A DNA stretch of 64,000 nt from a virus: the IMG/VR virus record IMGVR_UViG_3300027301_000003, positions 10,423 through 74,422 of that record; one strand, 5' to 3'. The notes below the pieces were generated by a model that had not been told where the DNA came from, ran no database searches, and saw nothing but the letters and a program-made list of their open reading frames with translations. This document shows positions 16,606-25,954 of this stretch, piece by piece. Positions within the stretch are counted from its first letter, which is position 1. Each line of letters starts with the position of its first letter. A program made the translations under genes and the position numbers.

Positions 16606-16824
16606 ATGAATCAGAAAGAAGCAATCGCAAAACTAGTTCGTATTTATACTGAAGAGCAATCACTAGCTGAAGAAGCTAAGGAAATCAAGGATGAAGCTAA
16701 AGAATCAGGTCTTGATCCAGCAATTGTTAGTGCAGTAGCAAAAGCAATCGTTAAAAATAAGGTTGATGAACTGAAAGCTAAATCAGATGAAATTCTGAAA
16801 GCTATCGACATTAGCCGAAGCTAA
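16606..16824 (+). CDS. GapR / T4 DsbA-like dsDNA-binding protein
   Basis: L.EE.KEIKDEAKESGLD...V helical pattern typical of this family. Confidence 0.6.
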   Translation: MNQKEAIAKLVRIYTEEQSLAEEAKEIKDEAKESGLDPAIVSAVAKAIVKNKVDELKAKSDEILKAIDISRS

Positions 16825-16829
16825 TATTT

Positions 16830-16860
16830 TACCCCGAGGCTAATACCCTTGGGGTTTTTC
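16830..16860 (+). terminator. Intrinsic terminator
   Basis: ACCCCGAGG-loop-CCTTGGGGT followed by TTTT. Confidence 0.8.
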
Positions 16861-16873
16861 GTTAAGGAGGATT

Positions 16874-17857
16874 ATGAGTAAAAGACTCTTAATTGTAGAT
16901 GGTGATTTAGTAGCGTACAAACATGCCGCTGCTGCTGAAACTCGATCAGTTATTGCAAAGCATTTAAAGTCAGGTAGAGAAAAAGAGTTCGGTACAAGAA
17001 CAGAATTCAAGAAGTTTTTAGCTGATAAAGAGATTGAGTTTAAACCCGAAGCTTATGAAATCACAGATCATCAACATCCTATGGATATTTCAATTGCTAT
17101 AGGTACTGCAAATAAAAGTATCAGTGCTTTACTTGAAAATACTTGGTGTGATGAACTTGAGATTTATATTGGTGGTGGTCAAACATTTAGGCATAAACTA
17201 CCTTTACCTTCACCGTACAAAGACAATAGGGACCAGTTGATTAAACCAGTGCATTTGACAGCAATTAGAAATCATCTAAGACGCAAGTACAAAGCAAAGG
17301 TTATTGAGAATGGTATGGAAGTGGATGATGTGGTTACAATACGTGCCTATGAATGCCTTCAAAACGGTCAGGAAGCGGTGTTAGCAAGCGTAGATAAGGA
17401 TAGCTATCAGTGTCAAGGAATCCATCTATTTAACTGGACTGATGACAATCCTAAGATTCACCTGATACCAACGATTGGACATTTACGTAAAGTAAAAACT
17501 ACAGTCAAAGGTGATGGTTTAATCTTCTTAGCACTGCAGGTATTATCCGGTGACTTAGCTGATACATATAAACCTTATGAATTATCCAAAGTAAGTTATG
17601 GTCCAATTAAAGCAATGAAAGCTTTAGAAGGTTGCACAACTGAACAGGAGATTTTACGAAAGGTTATTTCGGAGTTTAAACGCCTGTATCCTGAACCTTT
17701 TGATTACACTGATTGTCATGGTGTATTTCATGAAGAAGCTGATTGGTTTGATATGCTGCAGATGTACTGGACTTGTGCCTACATGAAACGCAGTTGGGAT
17801 GACGTTAGCAGCTTTATGCAGTTCGCAATGGAAAGAGGGGTTAATCCTTATGAATGA
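16874..17857 (+). CDS. 5'-3' exonuclease (T7 gp6 / FEN-like)
   Basis: VDGD, YKDNR, EVDD, VDKD, GDLAD motifs. Confidence 0.88.
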   Translation: MSKRLLIVDGDLVAYKHAAAAETRSVIAKHLKSGREKEFGTRTEFKKFLADKEIEFKPEAYEITDHQHPMDISIAIGTANKSISALLENTWCDELEIYIGGGQTFRHKLPLPSPYKDNRDQLIKPVHLTAIRNHLRRKYKAKVIENGMEVDDVVTIRAYECLQNGQEAVLASVDKDSYQCQGIHLFNWTDDNPKIHLIPTIGHLRKVKTTVKGDGLIFLALQVLSGDLADTYKPYELSKVSYGPIKAMKALEGCTTEQEILRKVISEFKRLYPEPFDYTDCHGVFHEEADWFDMLQMYWTCAYMKRSWDDVSSFMQFAMERGVNPYE

Positions 17858-18044
17858 AGAAAGTTTAGTTTATCGTTTGAGAAAACGCTCTGAGATTCGC
17901 AGAAGTATTCAGAATAGAAAGTCAGTACAAGAGGGTAAACCTGATCGTATTGCGGATTTACTTGAAGAAGCTGCCGATGAAATTGATAGGCTGGAATCAT
18001 TAGCTGATCGCTTGTATAAAAGATTGGATACAAATGACGATTGA
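17850..18044 (+). CDS. Hypothetical protein
   Basis: RLRKR.EIRR.I..RKSV.EG.PDRIADLLEEAADEI small phage protein. Confidence 0.7.
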   Translation: MNEESLVYRLRKRSEIRRSIQNRKSVQEGKPDRIADLLEEAADEIDRLESLADRLYKRLDTNDD

Positions 18045-18474
18045 CGAAAAAGAATACCAAAAATTATACAGGGAAAAGCATAAACTGAAAGCAAAAGAAT
18101 ATGCTAAACAGTACTATCTTAAAAATAAAGACACAATGCTTAAATCGAATCTTGAAAGAAAACATTCAAATCCTGAAAGAATTTTATGGCAAAGTGCAAA
18201 AGACAGATCAGTTAAATTCAACTTACCATTTGATATAGAAGTATCGGATGTGGTTATACCAAGTCATTGTAAAATACTTGGCATTCCTTTATTTAAAGGT
18301 ATTGGTAAACCAACAGCGAATTCACCTAGCTTAGACAGGATTGATCCAAAACTTGGCTATACAAAGACTAATATTCAAATAATAAGTTTTAAAGCAAATA
18401 CAATAAAGTCAAATGCTTCTAAAGAAGAATTAATTGTGTTTTCATATTGGATTTTGGAGAATTATCTTGACTGA
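18034..18474 (+). CDS. HNH-like homing endonuclease
   Basis: C.ILG...SPSLDRIDPKLGY..TN......AN..K; AT-rich. Confidence 0.8.
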   Translation: MTIDEKEYQKLYREKHKLKAKEYAKQYYLKNKDTMLKSNLERKHSNPERILWQSAKDRSVKFNLPFDIEVSDVVIPSHCKILGIPLFKGIGKPTANSPSLDRIDPKLGYTKTNIQIISFKANTIKSNASKEELIVFSYWILENYLD

Positions 18475-18979
18475 AGATTTATACAATGCATCAGATAAGA
18501 AAAGAGTTAGGGAACTACTCACAGCGGAGCAGTCCAATCTTTGTGCAATAACCGGACTACCAATTGAACCAAAACAACATATTCTAGAGCATTCACATGA
18601 TGATCAGATGTTTATAAGAGGTGTCACTAGTAGACAAGCCAACAGTGCTCTTGGTGTAATTGAAAAAATGTGGACCAGATATATGAAGTGGTGGTATAAT
18701 GGCACTCTTAGTAATTTTTTACGACAATGTGCTGACTATCTTGAAAAAGAACATGATTCTCGCTGGCGACATGATATGTGGATACGCAAAGTTAACACCG
18801 AATTTAATAAGCTAAAGGAAGCACAAAAAGATAAAGTACTGTTATCTTTAGGTCAAACAGCAGGTAAGAATGCTACTGAACGCAAGAAGTTATTTCAGAA
18901 AATGCTATTGACACGAACTCACAGTTATGATACAATCCGCAACATCATCAATAATACAAAGGAATATTATGAAGATTAA
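18467..18979 (+). CDS. Recombination endonuclease VII-like Holliday junction resolvase
   Basis: EQ..LCAI...LEHSH...IRGV...ANSALG and C-terminal helical domain; TTG start with GGAG RBS. Confidence 0.75.
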   Translation: MTEDLYNASDKKRVRELLTAEQSNLCAITGLPIEPKQHILEHSHDDQMFIRGVTSRQANSALGVIEKMWTRYMKWWYNGTLSNFLRQCADYLEKEHDSRWRHDMWIRKVNTEFNKLKEAQKDKVLLSLGQTAGKNATERKKLFQKMLLTRTHSYDTIRNIINNTKEYYED

Positions 18980-19154
18980 AATCATCAAATGCACCAATCG
19001 TTCTCTTTGGTACAATAAACACATAGGTGAAGAGTTTGAAGTAAGATTTGTCGATGATAAGTCCTACTGGACAAGAGAACGAGATGGAGTATTCAATGCT
19101 CTGAATTGGATATACAAACATGATGCAACTGTAACGGAAGGAAACTTAGAATGA
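18969..19154 (+). CDS. Hypothetical protein
   Basis: AAGGA RBS; packed in the operon. Confidence 0.65.
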   Translation: MKIKIIKCTNRSLWYNKHIGEEFEVRFVDDKSYWTRERDGVFNALNWIYKHDATVTEGNLE

Positions 19155-19363
19155 TGCGAGTTGAGCATACTATCAAAATAGTTTTATCCGAAAATAATGA
19201 AGTTGTACTAACAAAAGATCAAGCTGAAGAATTATATACAGCATTAACAAATGCTTTAAATAAAACTTCAAGTTTGTATTATCAACCAAACCATCGTGGT
19301 AACAATAACATGTTATTAGCAGGTGGACCAATCGTAGCACAAGGAGCACAAGGAGCAACATGA
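19151..19363 (+). CDS. Hypothetical protein
   Basis: ATGA overlaps at both ends. Confidence 0.65.
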   Translation: MMRVEHTIKIVLSENNEVVLTKDQAEELYTALTNALNKTSSLYYQPNHRGNNNMLLAGGPIVAQGAQGAT

Positions 19364-20319
19364 AGCATTCAGATACAATCGTAGAGCAAGTCGTAAGAAT
19401 GACAGGTGCTGGAATGAGTAGTCGATACGTTGCAGAGCAGCTAGGTATCAGTAAGACCAGTGTTAACGATATTTGGAATCGTTGGATTGCTAATCCTAAG
19501 CCTTTCTATAATGCAGAAGAAGTAGCATTTAAGCAAAAAGAAGGACCAAAGATTTTAGTATTTGATACTGAAACTGCAGCAGCTACTGCGCTTACATTTG
19601 GTCGATTCAAAGTTAATCTATCACAAGACAATATCTTAGATAATGGTGGTTGGTTACTATGTGCTTGCTGGCGCTGGTTAGGTAGCAATACTACAGAAAG
19701 TATTCACCTTACACCTGAAGAAGTACTAGAAAAAGATGACTCCAGAATTGTAGCAAAGCTGTTTGAATTGTATGAAGAAGCTGATGCGGTGTTAGCTCAT
19801 AACTCACAAGGCTTTGATCATAAGGTTGTACAAACACGAGCAGTCTACAATGGCTTTCCTCCGCTACCACAAGTTAAAGTACTAGATACTCTACAACTGG
19901 TAAAGAAGTACTTAAAGCTACCTAGTAATCGCTTGGATGCAATTGGTGAATTCTTCGGTCTAGGTCGCAAGATCAGCACTGGTGGTATTTCACTATGGCG
20001 TAAAGTTCAAGAAGGTGATGAAGAAGCGATGGAACAGATGGTAGAATACTGCCTACAAGACGTTGATTTGTTGTATGATGTTTATCTGCGTACTCGTCAA
20101 CTAGGTCGTGCAGGTTCTGATTTCAATGCAGCTTTGTACTTTGATGATGATCTTATGCGTTGTCGTGTATGCGGTAGTTCAGACGTTGAAGTTACAGGTC
20201 GTACAATCGAAACATCTTTGAATGTCTTTGATGAAGTTCGCTGTAATGAATGCGGTGCTGTACATCGTCATCGTGAATCAAAAACATCAAAACAAAAGCG
20301 AAAGAACTTGTTGATGTAA
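19360..20319 (+). CDS. HTH + DEDD/RNase H-like 3'-5' exonuclease + Zn ribbon
   Basis: N-terminal HTH, FDTET, AHNSQGFD, YCLQDV, CRVC...CNEC. Confidence 0.85.
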   Translation: MKHSDTIVEQVVRMTGAGMSSRYVAEQLGISKTSVNDIWNRWIANPKPFYNAEEVAFKQKEGPKILVFDTETAAATALTFGRFKVNLSQDNILDNGGWLLCACWRWLGSNTTESIHLTPEEVLEKDDSRIVAKLFELYEEADAVLAHNSQGFDHKVVQTRAVYNGFPPLPQVKVLDTLQLVKKYLKLPSNRLDAIGEFFGLGRKISTGGISLWRKVQEGDEEAMEQMVEYCLQDVDLLYDVYLRTRQLGRAGSDFNAALYFDDDLMRCRVCGSSDVEVTGRTIETSLNVFDEVRCNECGAVHRHRESKTSKQKRKNLLM

Positions 20320-20374
20320 CGAAACTGTGCTATACTAGCAATACAACACTTCGTTGATTACAATTTGAGTTCAC

Positions 20375-20401
20375 ACCCCGGTTAACAGCCGGGGATTTTT
20401 T
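20375..20401 (+). terminator. Intrinsic terminator
   Basis: CCCCGG-loop-CCGGGG followed by ATTTTTT. Confidence 0.8.
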
Positions 20402-20419
20402 GTCACTAAAAGGAGAAAC

Positions 20420-20923
20420 ATGATTTACGATTACAACATTTCGGATTTTCAAGATGATTGCTATGCTTTCAATAGCGTTGCAGGTAAAGATAGTCTTTGT
20501 ACTTTAAAAGATATTGAGTTTCAGTACAACTTAATCTTAGAGGAAACTAAAGAGATTAAAGAAAAAGGTATTGATCATAACAATGCCAAAGAAGTAGTTG
20601 ATGGTGTAGTAGATGTAATGGTTACTGCACTTGGATTGATGCAAAAGCTAGAGTATCTTGGTGTAGACATGAACAAAGCTATGCGAGATACGGCGTACAA
20701 TAACTTAACAAAGTATCCTTCTGATGAGTACATTGCTATTCAAACTGCACAAAAGTACGAGCAAGAAGGTAAGCAAGTTACTGTTGACTACAAAGCTGAA
20801 TATGAATTGTTTGTGATCAAAGATTTGAAAGATAAGGTAATGAAACCTATTGGTTTTGAGAGCAATGATCTGAGCAATTGCATCCCTGAAGATTTACTAC
20901 TGAATGGTTTTAAGGAGGACTGA
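20420..20923 (+). CDS. MazG-like / PRA-PH nucleoside triphosphate pyrophosphohydrolase
   Basis: EExxE...EVVDGVVD...NNLTK...KVMKP. Confidence 0.8.
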   Translation: MIYDYNISDFQDDCYAFNSVAGKDSLCTLKDIEFQYNLILEETKEIKEKGIDHNNAKEVVDGVVDVMVTALGLMQKLEYLGVDMNKAMRDTAYNNLTKYPSDEYIAIQTAQKYEQEGKQVTVDYKAEYELFVIKDLKDKVMKPIGFESNDLSNCIPEDLLLNGFKED

Positions 20924-20925
20924 AC

Positions 20926-21492
20926 ATGAGTTTCAATAATATTACAGTTATTGGTAAAGAATATACACCTGTATTGGATATAGATGGTACACAAGGTTGT
21001 TATTCATGTGCATTTCGTAATGACAGCAGAGGTTGCAGGGAGGCAAATTTGATTATGAACTGTTCAGATACTGATGCATTTTTTGTACCAGCTTCTGCTG
21101 TGGACTTACGATCAGCTACTCAACAAATGCAAGATTGGCAACCTACGAATACTGTTACAGTTACCGAAAACCAACCAGCAGGTACTAAGTATGATCAAGA
21201 TAAGTTGCAATACAGCTTAATTCCAGCGTATGCTTTAGAACAAATTGCTAAGAATCTTACAGTTGGTCTAAAGAAGTACAAAGAGCGTAATAACTGGAAG
21301 AAAGTACAGGATGCAGAACAGCGTTATCTAGATGCTCTTTATAGGCATTTAGAGGCACATAGGAGAGGCGAAGTATATGACCCTGATAGTAGCGTACCAG
21401 ATATGCCACATCTCGCTGCTGTAGCCGTTAATGCAATGTTCTTGCTTGAATTCATGCTTGACCCACAACTTAAACAAAAGGATAACAAATGA
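20926..21492 (+). CDS. DUF5664-type dATP/dGTP diphosphohydrolase with N-terminal Cys cluster
   Basis: KYDQDK.QYSLIP...GLKKY..NNW...RH......GE..D.DS..PHLA..AVNAMFL. Confidence 0.8.
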   Translation: MSFNNITVIGKEYTPVLDIDGTQGCYSCAFRNDSRGCREANLIMNCSDTDAFFVPASAVDLRSATQQMQDWQPTNTVTVTENQPAGTKYDQDKLQYSLIPAYALEQIAKNLTVGLKKYKERNNWKKVQDAEQRYLDALYRHLEAHRRGEVYDPDSSVPDMPHLAAVAVNAMFLLEFMLDPQLKQKDNK

Positions 21493-21647
21493 TCGTATTG
21501 CAAGTAATTAGTGCGTTAGTTCTAATATTTATTATCGCTATCATGTACGCAGTTGCTATTAAATTAGTAAATGAACATCGTGAACTGCAAAATAAAAAGG
21601 ATGATATTGACGATCAAGATAACCTTGATTTAACCAATAAGCAGTGA
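21489..21647 (+). CDS. Small single-pass membrane protein (not in ORF track)
   Basis: 52 aa MIVLQVISALVLIFIIAIMYAVAI...; AAGGA RBS. Confidence 0.6.
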   Translation: MIVLQVISALVLIFIIAIMYAVAIKLVNEHRELQNKKDDIDDQDNLDLTNKQ

Positions 21648-21653
21648 TATAAT
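21625..21653 (+). promoter_or_regulatory. Sigma70-type promoter of the nrd operon
   Basis: TTGATT-17nt-TATAAT with TG extension. Confidence 0.7.
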
Positions 21654-21685
21654 AGGACTCTCGTTTATTCTGAAAGGTAGTAACA

Positions 21686-22096
21686 ATGAATAAAAAACCA
21701 ACACGCCCAAATGCAATTGTAGCTTTATGTATTATTTCTGAATCGGAGATTATAAAAGTAATGCCAAATTACTCCAGTGCATTTGAGGACAAGGATGAAG
21801 AATTTAAGAACTTTCTTTATTCTTTAGGAATGAATGTAGATAGACCATACCAAAGGCAAGATGCACTACAGCACAGGAATCGTTTTAACGAAATTGTTGT
21901 ATGCAGTCGATGGGTTGGTGAGGAACGATTAGATGAAGCTTGGATTAAAAGTGGTTACGCAAGTAGACCAGCAATTGATAAAGCTAGTGGAAGTAAATTA
22001 ACAGAAGATATTTATCGTGCTCGATATGAAACTGAAGATGCTCAAGCATTGTTGGAATCCAGAGATAAATATGCTACAACAACAGAGGAAGACTAA
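21686..22096 (+). CDS. Conserved phage hypothetical protein upstream of nrd genes
   Basis: 136 aa ORF after a promoter, abutting nrdB. Confidence 0.75.
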   Translation: MNKKPTRPNAIVALCIISESEIIKVMPNYSSAFEDKDEEFKNFLYSLGMNVDRPYQRQDALQHRNRFNEIVVCSRWVGEERLDEAWIKSGYASRPAIDKASGSKLTEDIYRARYETEDAQALLESRDKYATTTEED

Positions 22097-23092
22097 ATGC
22101 TAGAAAAATACTTGTTACCTATCAATGAACGACAGGAACCAGTTGAGTTTGCAGATCAGCAATTGAAAGTATTCTGGTTACCGGATGAAATCAAAGTAGA
22201 GAAAGATATTCAAGATGTATTGGTGAACTTCACACCTGCAGAAAAACATGCAGTGATCACTACATTGAAACTATTCAGTATCTACGAAACACACGCTGGT
22301 TCAGAGTATTGGGGTGGACGGTTTAAGAATATGTTTAATGGTGCAGAGTTTCATAGAATGGCTTCGGTCTTCTCTATGTTTGAACTAGCTGTTCATGCAC
22401 CGTTTTACAATAAGATCAATCAGCTATTGCACATTGATACACCTGAATTTTATACATCGTATCTAAATGATCCTGTATTAAATCAAAGAGTAGAGCACAT
22501 TGGTGAAATCATTGATCATCCTGATGACTTAATTTCACTAGCAGCTTTTTCAATGGTGGAGGGTGTAATCTTGTATTCATCCTTTGCATTCCTAAAGCAC
22601 TATCAGTCTCAAGGTAAGAATAAGCTAATGAACATTGTGCGTGGGATTAACTTCTCAGTGCGTGATGAAAATATGCACTCTACTGGTGGAGCTTGGGCTT
22701 TCAAGTACAAGTTAGAGCAGTTAAAACAAAAGTTGTCACCTGAAGCATTTGAGTTACATAAACTAGCAATTGAAGCACAAGTTCGACTAGTAGCACAAAA
22801 GCTTTATGAGCACGAATGCCAGATTATTGCTAAGTTATTTGAGCAAGGTGAGATCAAAGGTATTACTGCACATCAGCTTGAGAACTTTGTACAATCTAGG
22901 GTTAATGAATGCTTGAAGCAATTGGGGTTTGCAAAAGAGTACGATGTGAAGTACAATCCTATTTCGGAATGGTTCTACAAGGGTATCAACGATTACACCT
23001 TCAATGACTTCTTCAGTGGTATGGGTAATCAGTATCATCGCAGTTGGGATAGTGCAGATTTTGTATGGAAAAAGGAGAATGTAAATGAGTAA
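22097..23092 (+). CDS. nrdB: Ribonucleotide reductase class I beta subunit
   Basis: FW.PDEI, E..H...Y, VEGVILYSSF, RDENMH, DFF...Y. Confidence 0.95.
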   Translation: MLEKYLLPINERQEPVEFADQQLKVFWLPDEIKVEKDIQDVLVNFTPAEKHAVITTLKLFSIYETHAGSEYWGGRFKNMFNGAEFHRMASVFSMFELAVHAPFYNKINQLLHIDTPEFYTSYLNDPVLNQRVEHIGEIIDHPDDLISLAAFSMVEGVILYSSFAFLKHYQSQGKNKLMNIVRGINFSVRDENMHSTGGAWAFKYKLEQLKQKLSPEAFELHKLAIEAQVRLVAQKLYEHECQIIAKLFEQGEIKGITAHQLENFVQSRVNECLKQLGFAKEYDVKYNPISEWFYKGINDYTFNDFFSGMGNQYHRSWDSADFVWKKENVNE

Positions 23093-23279
23093 AGTTGTAA
23101 ATAAAAATTGCATAGAATTACGCAAATCTACTAGTGGTAATTGGGTTCAAATGATTATCAATCATCGCATTGTTTTTCAAGGTCCACGTATACCTGACTT
23201 CATTTGGTTAGATGTATTGGCAGACACAAACTTTGATGTTTCAGAAACCCAATATGATCCCGAAGAGGAATTTGAATGA
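23085..23279 (+). CDS. Hypothetical protein between nrdB and nrdA
   Basis: AAGGAG RBS; overlaps both neighbours. Confidence 0.65.
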   Translation: MSKVVNKNCIELRKSTSGNWVQMIINHRIVFQGPRIPDFIWLDVLADTNFDVSETQYDPEEEFE

Positions 23280-24970
23280 GTAATATTTACAAAGAACTAA
23301 GTGAAGAGCGCAAGAAACTACAGGAGCAAGATTTAGTTCCTCAGTGGTATACAACTGCAGGTTATCAGATGTTCAAAGATAAATATGAATATCAAACTGA
23401 AGGTCGTTCTGTACGTGGTCAATTTGAGAGGATAGCCCGTACTGCAGCAAAACACGTTCCTATGCTTCCTAATGCTGAATCAGAGTTCTTTAAACTGCTT
23501 TGGAACGGTTGGTTGTCTCCTAGCACCCCTGTACTAGCTAACATGGGAACAAGCCGTGGAATGCCCGTTTCGTGCTCAGGAACCATTGCTGATGATTCGG
23601 TGGATGGTTTCTACACGAACTTGCATGAAGTTGCTATGTTGACTAAATACGGTTTTGGTACAGCAACTGACCTCAGTTCTATTCGTCCTCGTGGTTCAAA
23701 GATTAGCGTAGGTGGTAAAGCCTCTGGTGTTCTACCTGTGATTAAAGAGCATGTTAACGCTATGCGTAATATCGCACAAGGTACTGCACGTAGAGGTGCT
23801 TGGGCTTTCTATCTAGATATCGAACATGGTGACTTCAACGAAATCTCTGATCATATCTTAGCTGAACCCGATGATTTGAATGCAGGTTGGACCATTCGAC
23901 AATCATTCATTGATCGTTTGGAAGCAGGTGACCGTGATGCTATTGAACGCTTTCAGAAAGCCATGAAGATCAAGATGGTGACTGGTAAAGGTTACTTCTT
24001 CTTTATTGACAAAGCTAATGCTAAACGTCCAGTTACTTATGTAGATCATGGACTAAAGATTAATAACTCTCAGCTATGTTCTGAGATTATGCTGTTCAAT
24101 GATTTAGATCATACTTACACTTGCGTACTATCTTCAATGAATGCAGCTAAGTACAGAGAATGGCAGCACACCAATGCAGCTTATTGGGCAACAGTCTTTT
24201 TAGATTGTGTAGCTTCTGAATTCATCGAAAGAGCAGAAGGTATTAACGGTCTAGAGAAAGCTGTACGATTCACTAAGAAGAGCCGAGCACTTGGTTTAGG
24301 TCTATGTGGTATCCATACGCTGTTTATGCAAGAGATGCTACCGTTTGAAGGCTTTGATGCACATAGGTTAAGTCAAGAGATTCAAGCTAGTATTTGGGAA
24401 CAAGCTCAAGGTGCTACTAAAGCTATGGCTGCACTATTAGGTGAACCAGAGTGGTGTAAAGGTTATGGTATTCGTAATACGCACTTGATTGCTATTGCAC
24501 CAACTAAATCAACTGCTTTACTAATGGGTGGTGTATCAGAAGGTATTAACCCTGATCCAGCTATGAGTTACAATCAGATGACTTCTGCAGGTGAAATTGA
24601 TCGCTTGAATCCTGTACTACTTGAGCTAATGAAAAAGAAGGGTGTCTACACCAAGAAACATGTGCAAGAGATTACAGATAAGCAAGGTTCCGTTCAGCAC
24701 GTAGAATGGCTAACCGATGATGAAAAGCAAGTATTTAAAACTGCTTTTGAAATCAACCAGAAAGCTGTGCTAAGATTAGCATCTGCACGTAGTCGATACA
24801 TTGATCAATGGCAGTCTCTAAACCTGTTCTTTGCAGCAGATGAAGACCCTGCTTGGATCGCTGAAGTTCACGCTGAAGCTTTCCGTGACCCTAATATCTT
24901 AGCGTTGTATTATATTTATACTCAAGCTGGTGTACAAGCCAGTAAGGGTGAATGCGAAGCTTGTCAATGA
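23276..24970 (+). CDS. nrdA: Ribonucleotide reductase class I alpha subunit (short, no evident ATP cone)
   Basis: SPSTPVLAN, VSC, RRGA, SQLCSEI, IAPT, YY and C-terminal CEAC. Confidence 0.95.
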   Translation: MSNIYKELSEERKKLQEQDLVPQWYTTAGYQMFKDKYEYQTEGRSVRGQFERIARTAAKHVPMLPNAESEFFKLLWNGWLSPSTPVLANMGTSRGMPVSCSGTIADDSVDGFYTNLHEVAMLTKYGFGTATDLSSIRPRGSKISVGGKASGVLPVIKEHVNAMRNIAQGTARRGAWAFYLDIEHGDFNEISDHILAEPDDLNAGWTIRQSFIDRLEAGDRDAIERFQKAMKIKMVTGKGYFFFIDKANAKRPVTYVDHGLKINNSQLCSEIMLFNDLDHTYTCVLSSMNAAKYREWQHTNAAYWATVFLDCVASEFIERAEGINGLEKAVRFTKKSRALGLGLCGIHTLFMQEMLPFEGFDAHRLSQEIQASIWEQAQGATKAMAALLGEPEWCKGYGIRNTHLIAIAPTKSTALLMGGVSEGINPDPAMSYNQMTSAGEIDRLNPVLLELMKKKGVYTKKHVQEITDKQGSVQHVEWLTDDEKQVFKTAFEINQKAVLRLASARSRYIDQWQSLNLFFAADEDPAWIAEVHAEAFRDPNILALYYIYTQAGVQASKGECEACQ

Positions 24971-25191
24971 TTTATAAAATAATCAGAAACTCACACAATT
25001 ATGAACGGTATGATCAAAATGACGAAGAAACATTGTATAGTACCAATCATAAATCTACTTTAGTATTTGTAGGTTGTAAAATGAAAGTTGTGAAAGAAAA
25101 ACTAAAAGAGATGAAAGATGCTGAAGAAGTACATGGTGATCATCACTGTGTTTATTTTGAATTTGTAAAGGAAAACGTATGCAAAAACTAG
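24967..25191 (+). CDS. Hypothetical protein
   Basis: ATGA overlap with nrdA. Confidence 0.6.
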   Translation: MIYKIIRNSHNYERYDQNDEETLYSTNHKSTLVFVGCKMKVVKEKLKEMKDAEEVHGDHHCVYFEFVKENVCKN

Positions 25192-25421
25192 TAGTATTTA
25201 AAGCTCATTGGTGTGCTCCATGTAAAATGCTTAGTAAAGTAATCCAAGATACTGATCTAGGTATTCCAGTAGAAACAGTAGACATTGATGCTGACCCTAC
25301 AGCTACAACTGAATACGATATTCGTGGAGTACCAACTTTACTTCTCATGAGCGATAATCAAGTCATGCGGCGTAAGTCAGGTTACATGAATGCTGAACAA
25401 TTAAAAGAGTTTGTTGCGTAA
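25179..25421 (+). CDS. trxA: Thioredoxin
   Basis: WCAPCK active site and GVPT. Confidence 0.92.
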   Translation: MQKLVVFKAHWCAPCKMLSKVIQDTDLGIPVETVDIDADPTATTEYDIRGVPTLLLMSDNQVMRRKSGYMNAEQLKEFVA

Positions 25422-25432
25422 AGTACAGACGT

Positions 25433-25476
25433 AAAAATGCCCGGAGTCCTGTAAAGGATATCCGGGTTTTCTTTTT
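25433..25476. terminator. Bidirectional terminator between convergent blocks
   Basis: AAAAAT-GCCCGGA...TCCGGGT-TTTCTTTT. Confidence 0.8.
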
Positions 25477-25942
25477 ACATATGAATACCGTTTAGATACA
25501 CGGTTTTACCATTTTGTTTAACTGCTGTTAATACTTGGCATTTTAGATTGTCAGGATTATATGATACATGTACCCAACCTGAGTTTGGTAATCCTTGTGT
25601 ATAAAACTCAAGAATAACTTGCGTGAACTTAAAGTTCTCTATGATATAATTAGCAAGATCACCATTAGCCATACCTGCGATTTCAATATCAGCAGCTTGA
25701 CCTTTGCAATGATCAGAAGTAGCACTACCACCTACTGCTGTATTAACTGCAGGGGAGCGATAACCGCTATTAATCTTTAGAGGCTTACCTAGTTTTTCAC
25801 GTAATGGTTGCAATACATTATCTACTAGGATTTGCATATTAGCGATAATCTCAGGAGTTGGTGTATTATCAATACCTTTACTAATTGCAGTACCAGAGTA
25901 TGTTAGTTCAGCTAAGGAAAAGTTCTTCGACAACTGTGTCAT
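25475..25942 (-). CDS. Endolysin, peptidase M15A family
   Basis: SGYRS...N..VGG...SDH..GQAADI...WVHVS. Confidence 0.9.
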   Translation of the reverse strand: MTQLSKNFSLAELTYSGTAISKGIDNTPTPEIIANMQILVDNVLQPLREKLGKPLKINSGYRSPAVNTAVGGSATSDHCKGQAADIEIAGMANGDLANYIIENFKFTQVILEFYTQGLPNSGWVHVSYNPDNLKCQVLTAVKQNGKTVYLNGIHM

Positions 25943-25954
25943 ATATTCTTTCTA

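Noticed and set aside
20926-21492. Z-base (2-aminoadenine) genome pathway
   Set aside because: A DUF5664-like gene is present but no purZ or datZ-like gene is seen in the window.
22097-24970. Intron or intein in the nrd genes (also checked by eye in pol, terL and helicase)
   Set aside because: ORFs are continuous with normal lengths and no intein terminal motifs; the ORF between nrdB and nrdA has its own RBS.
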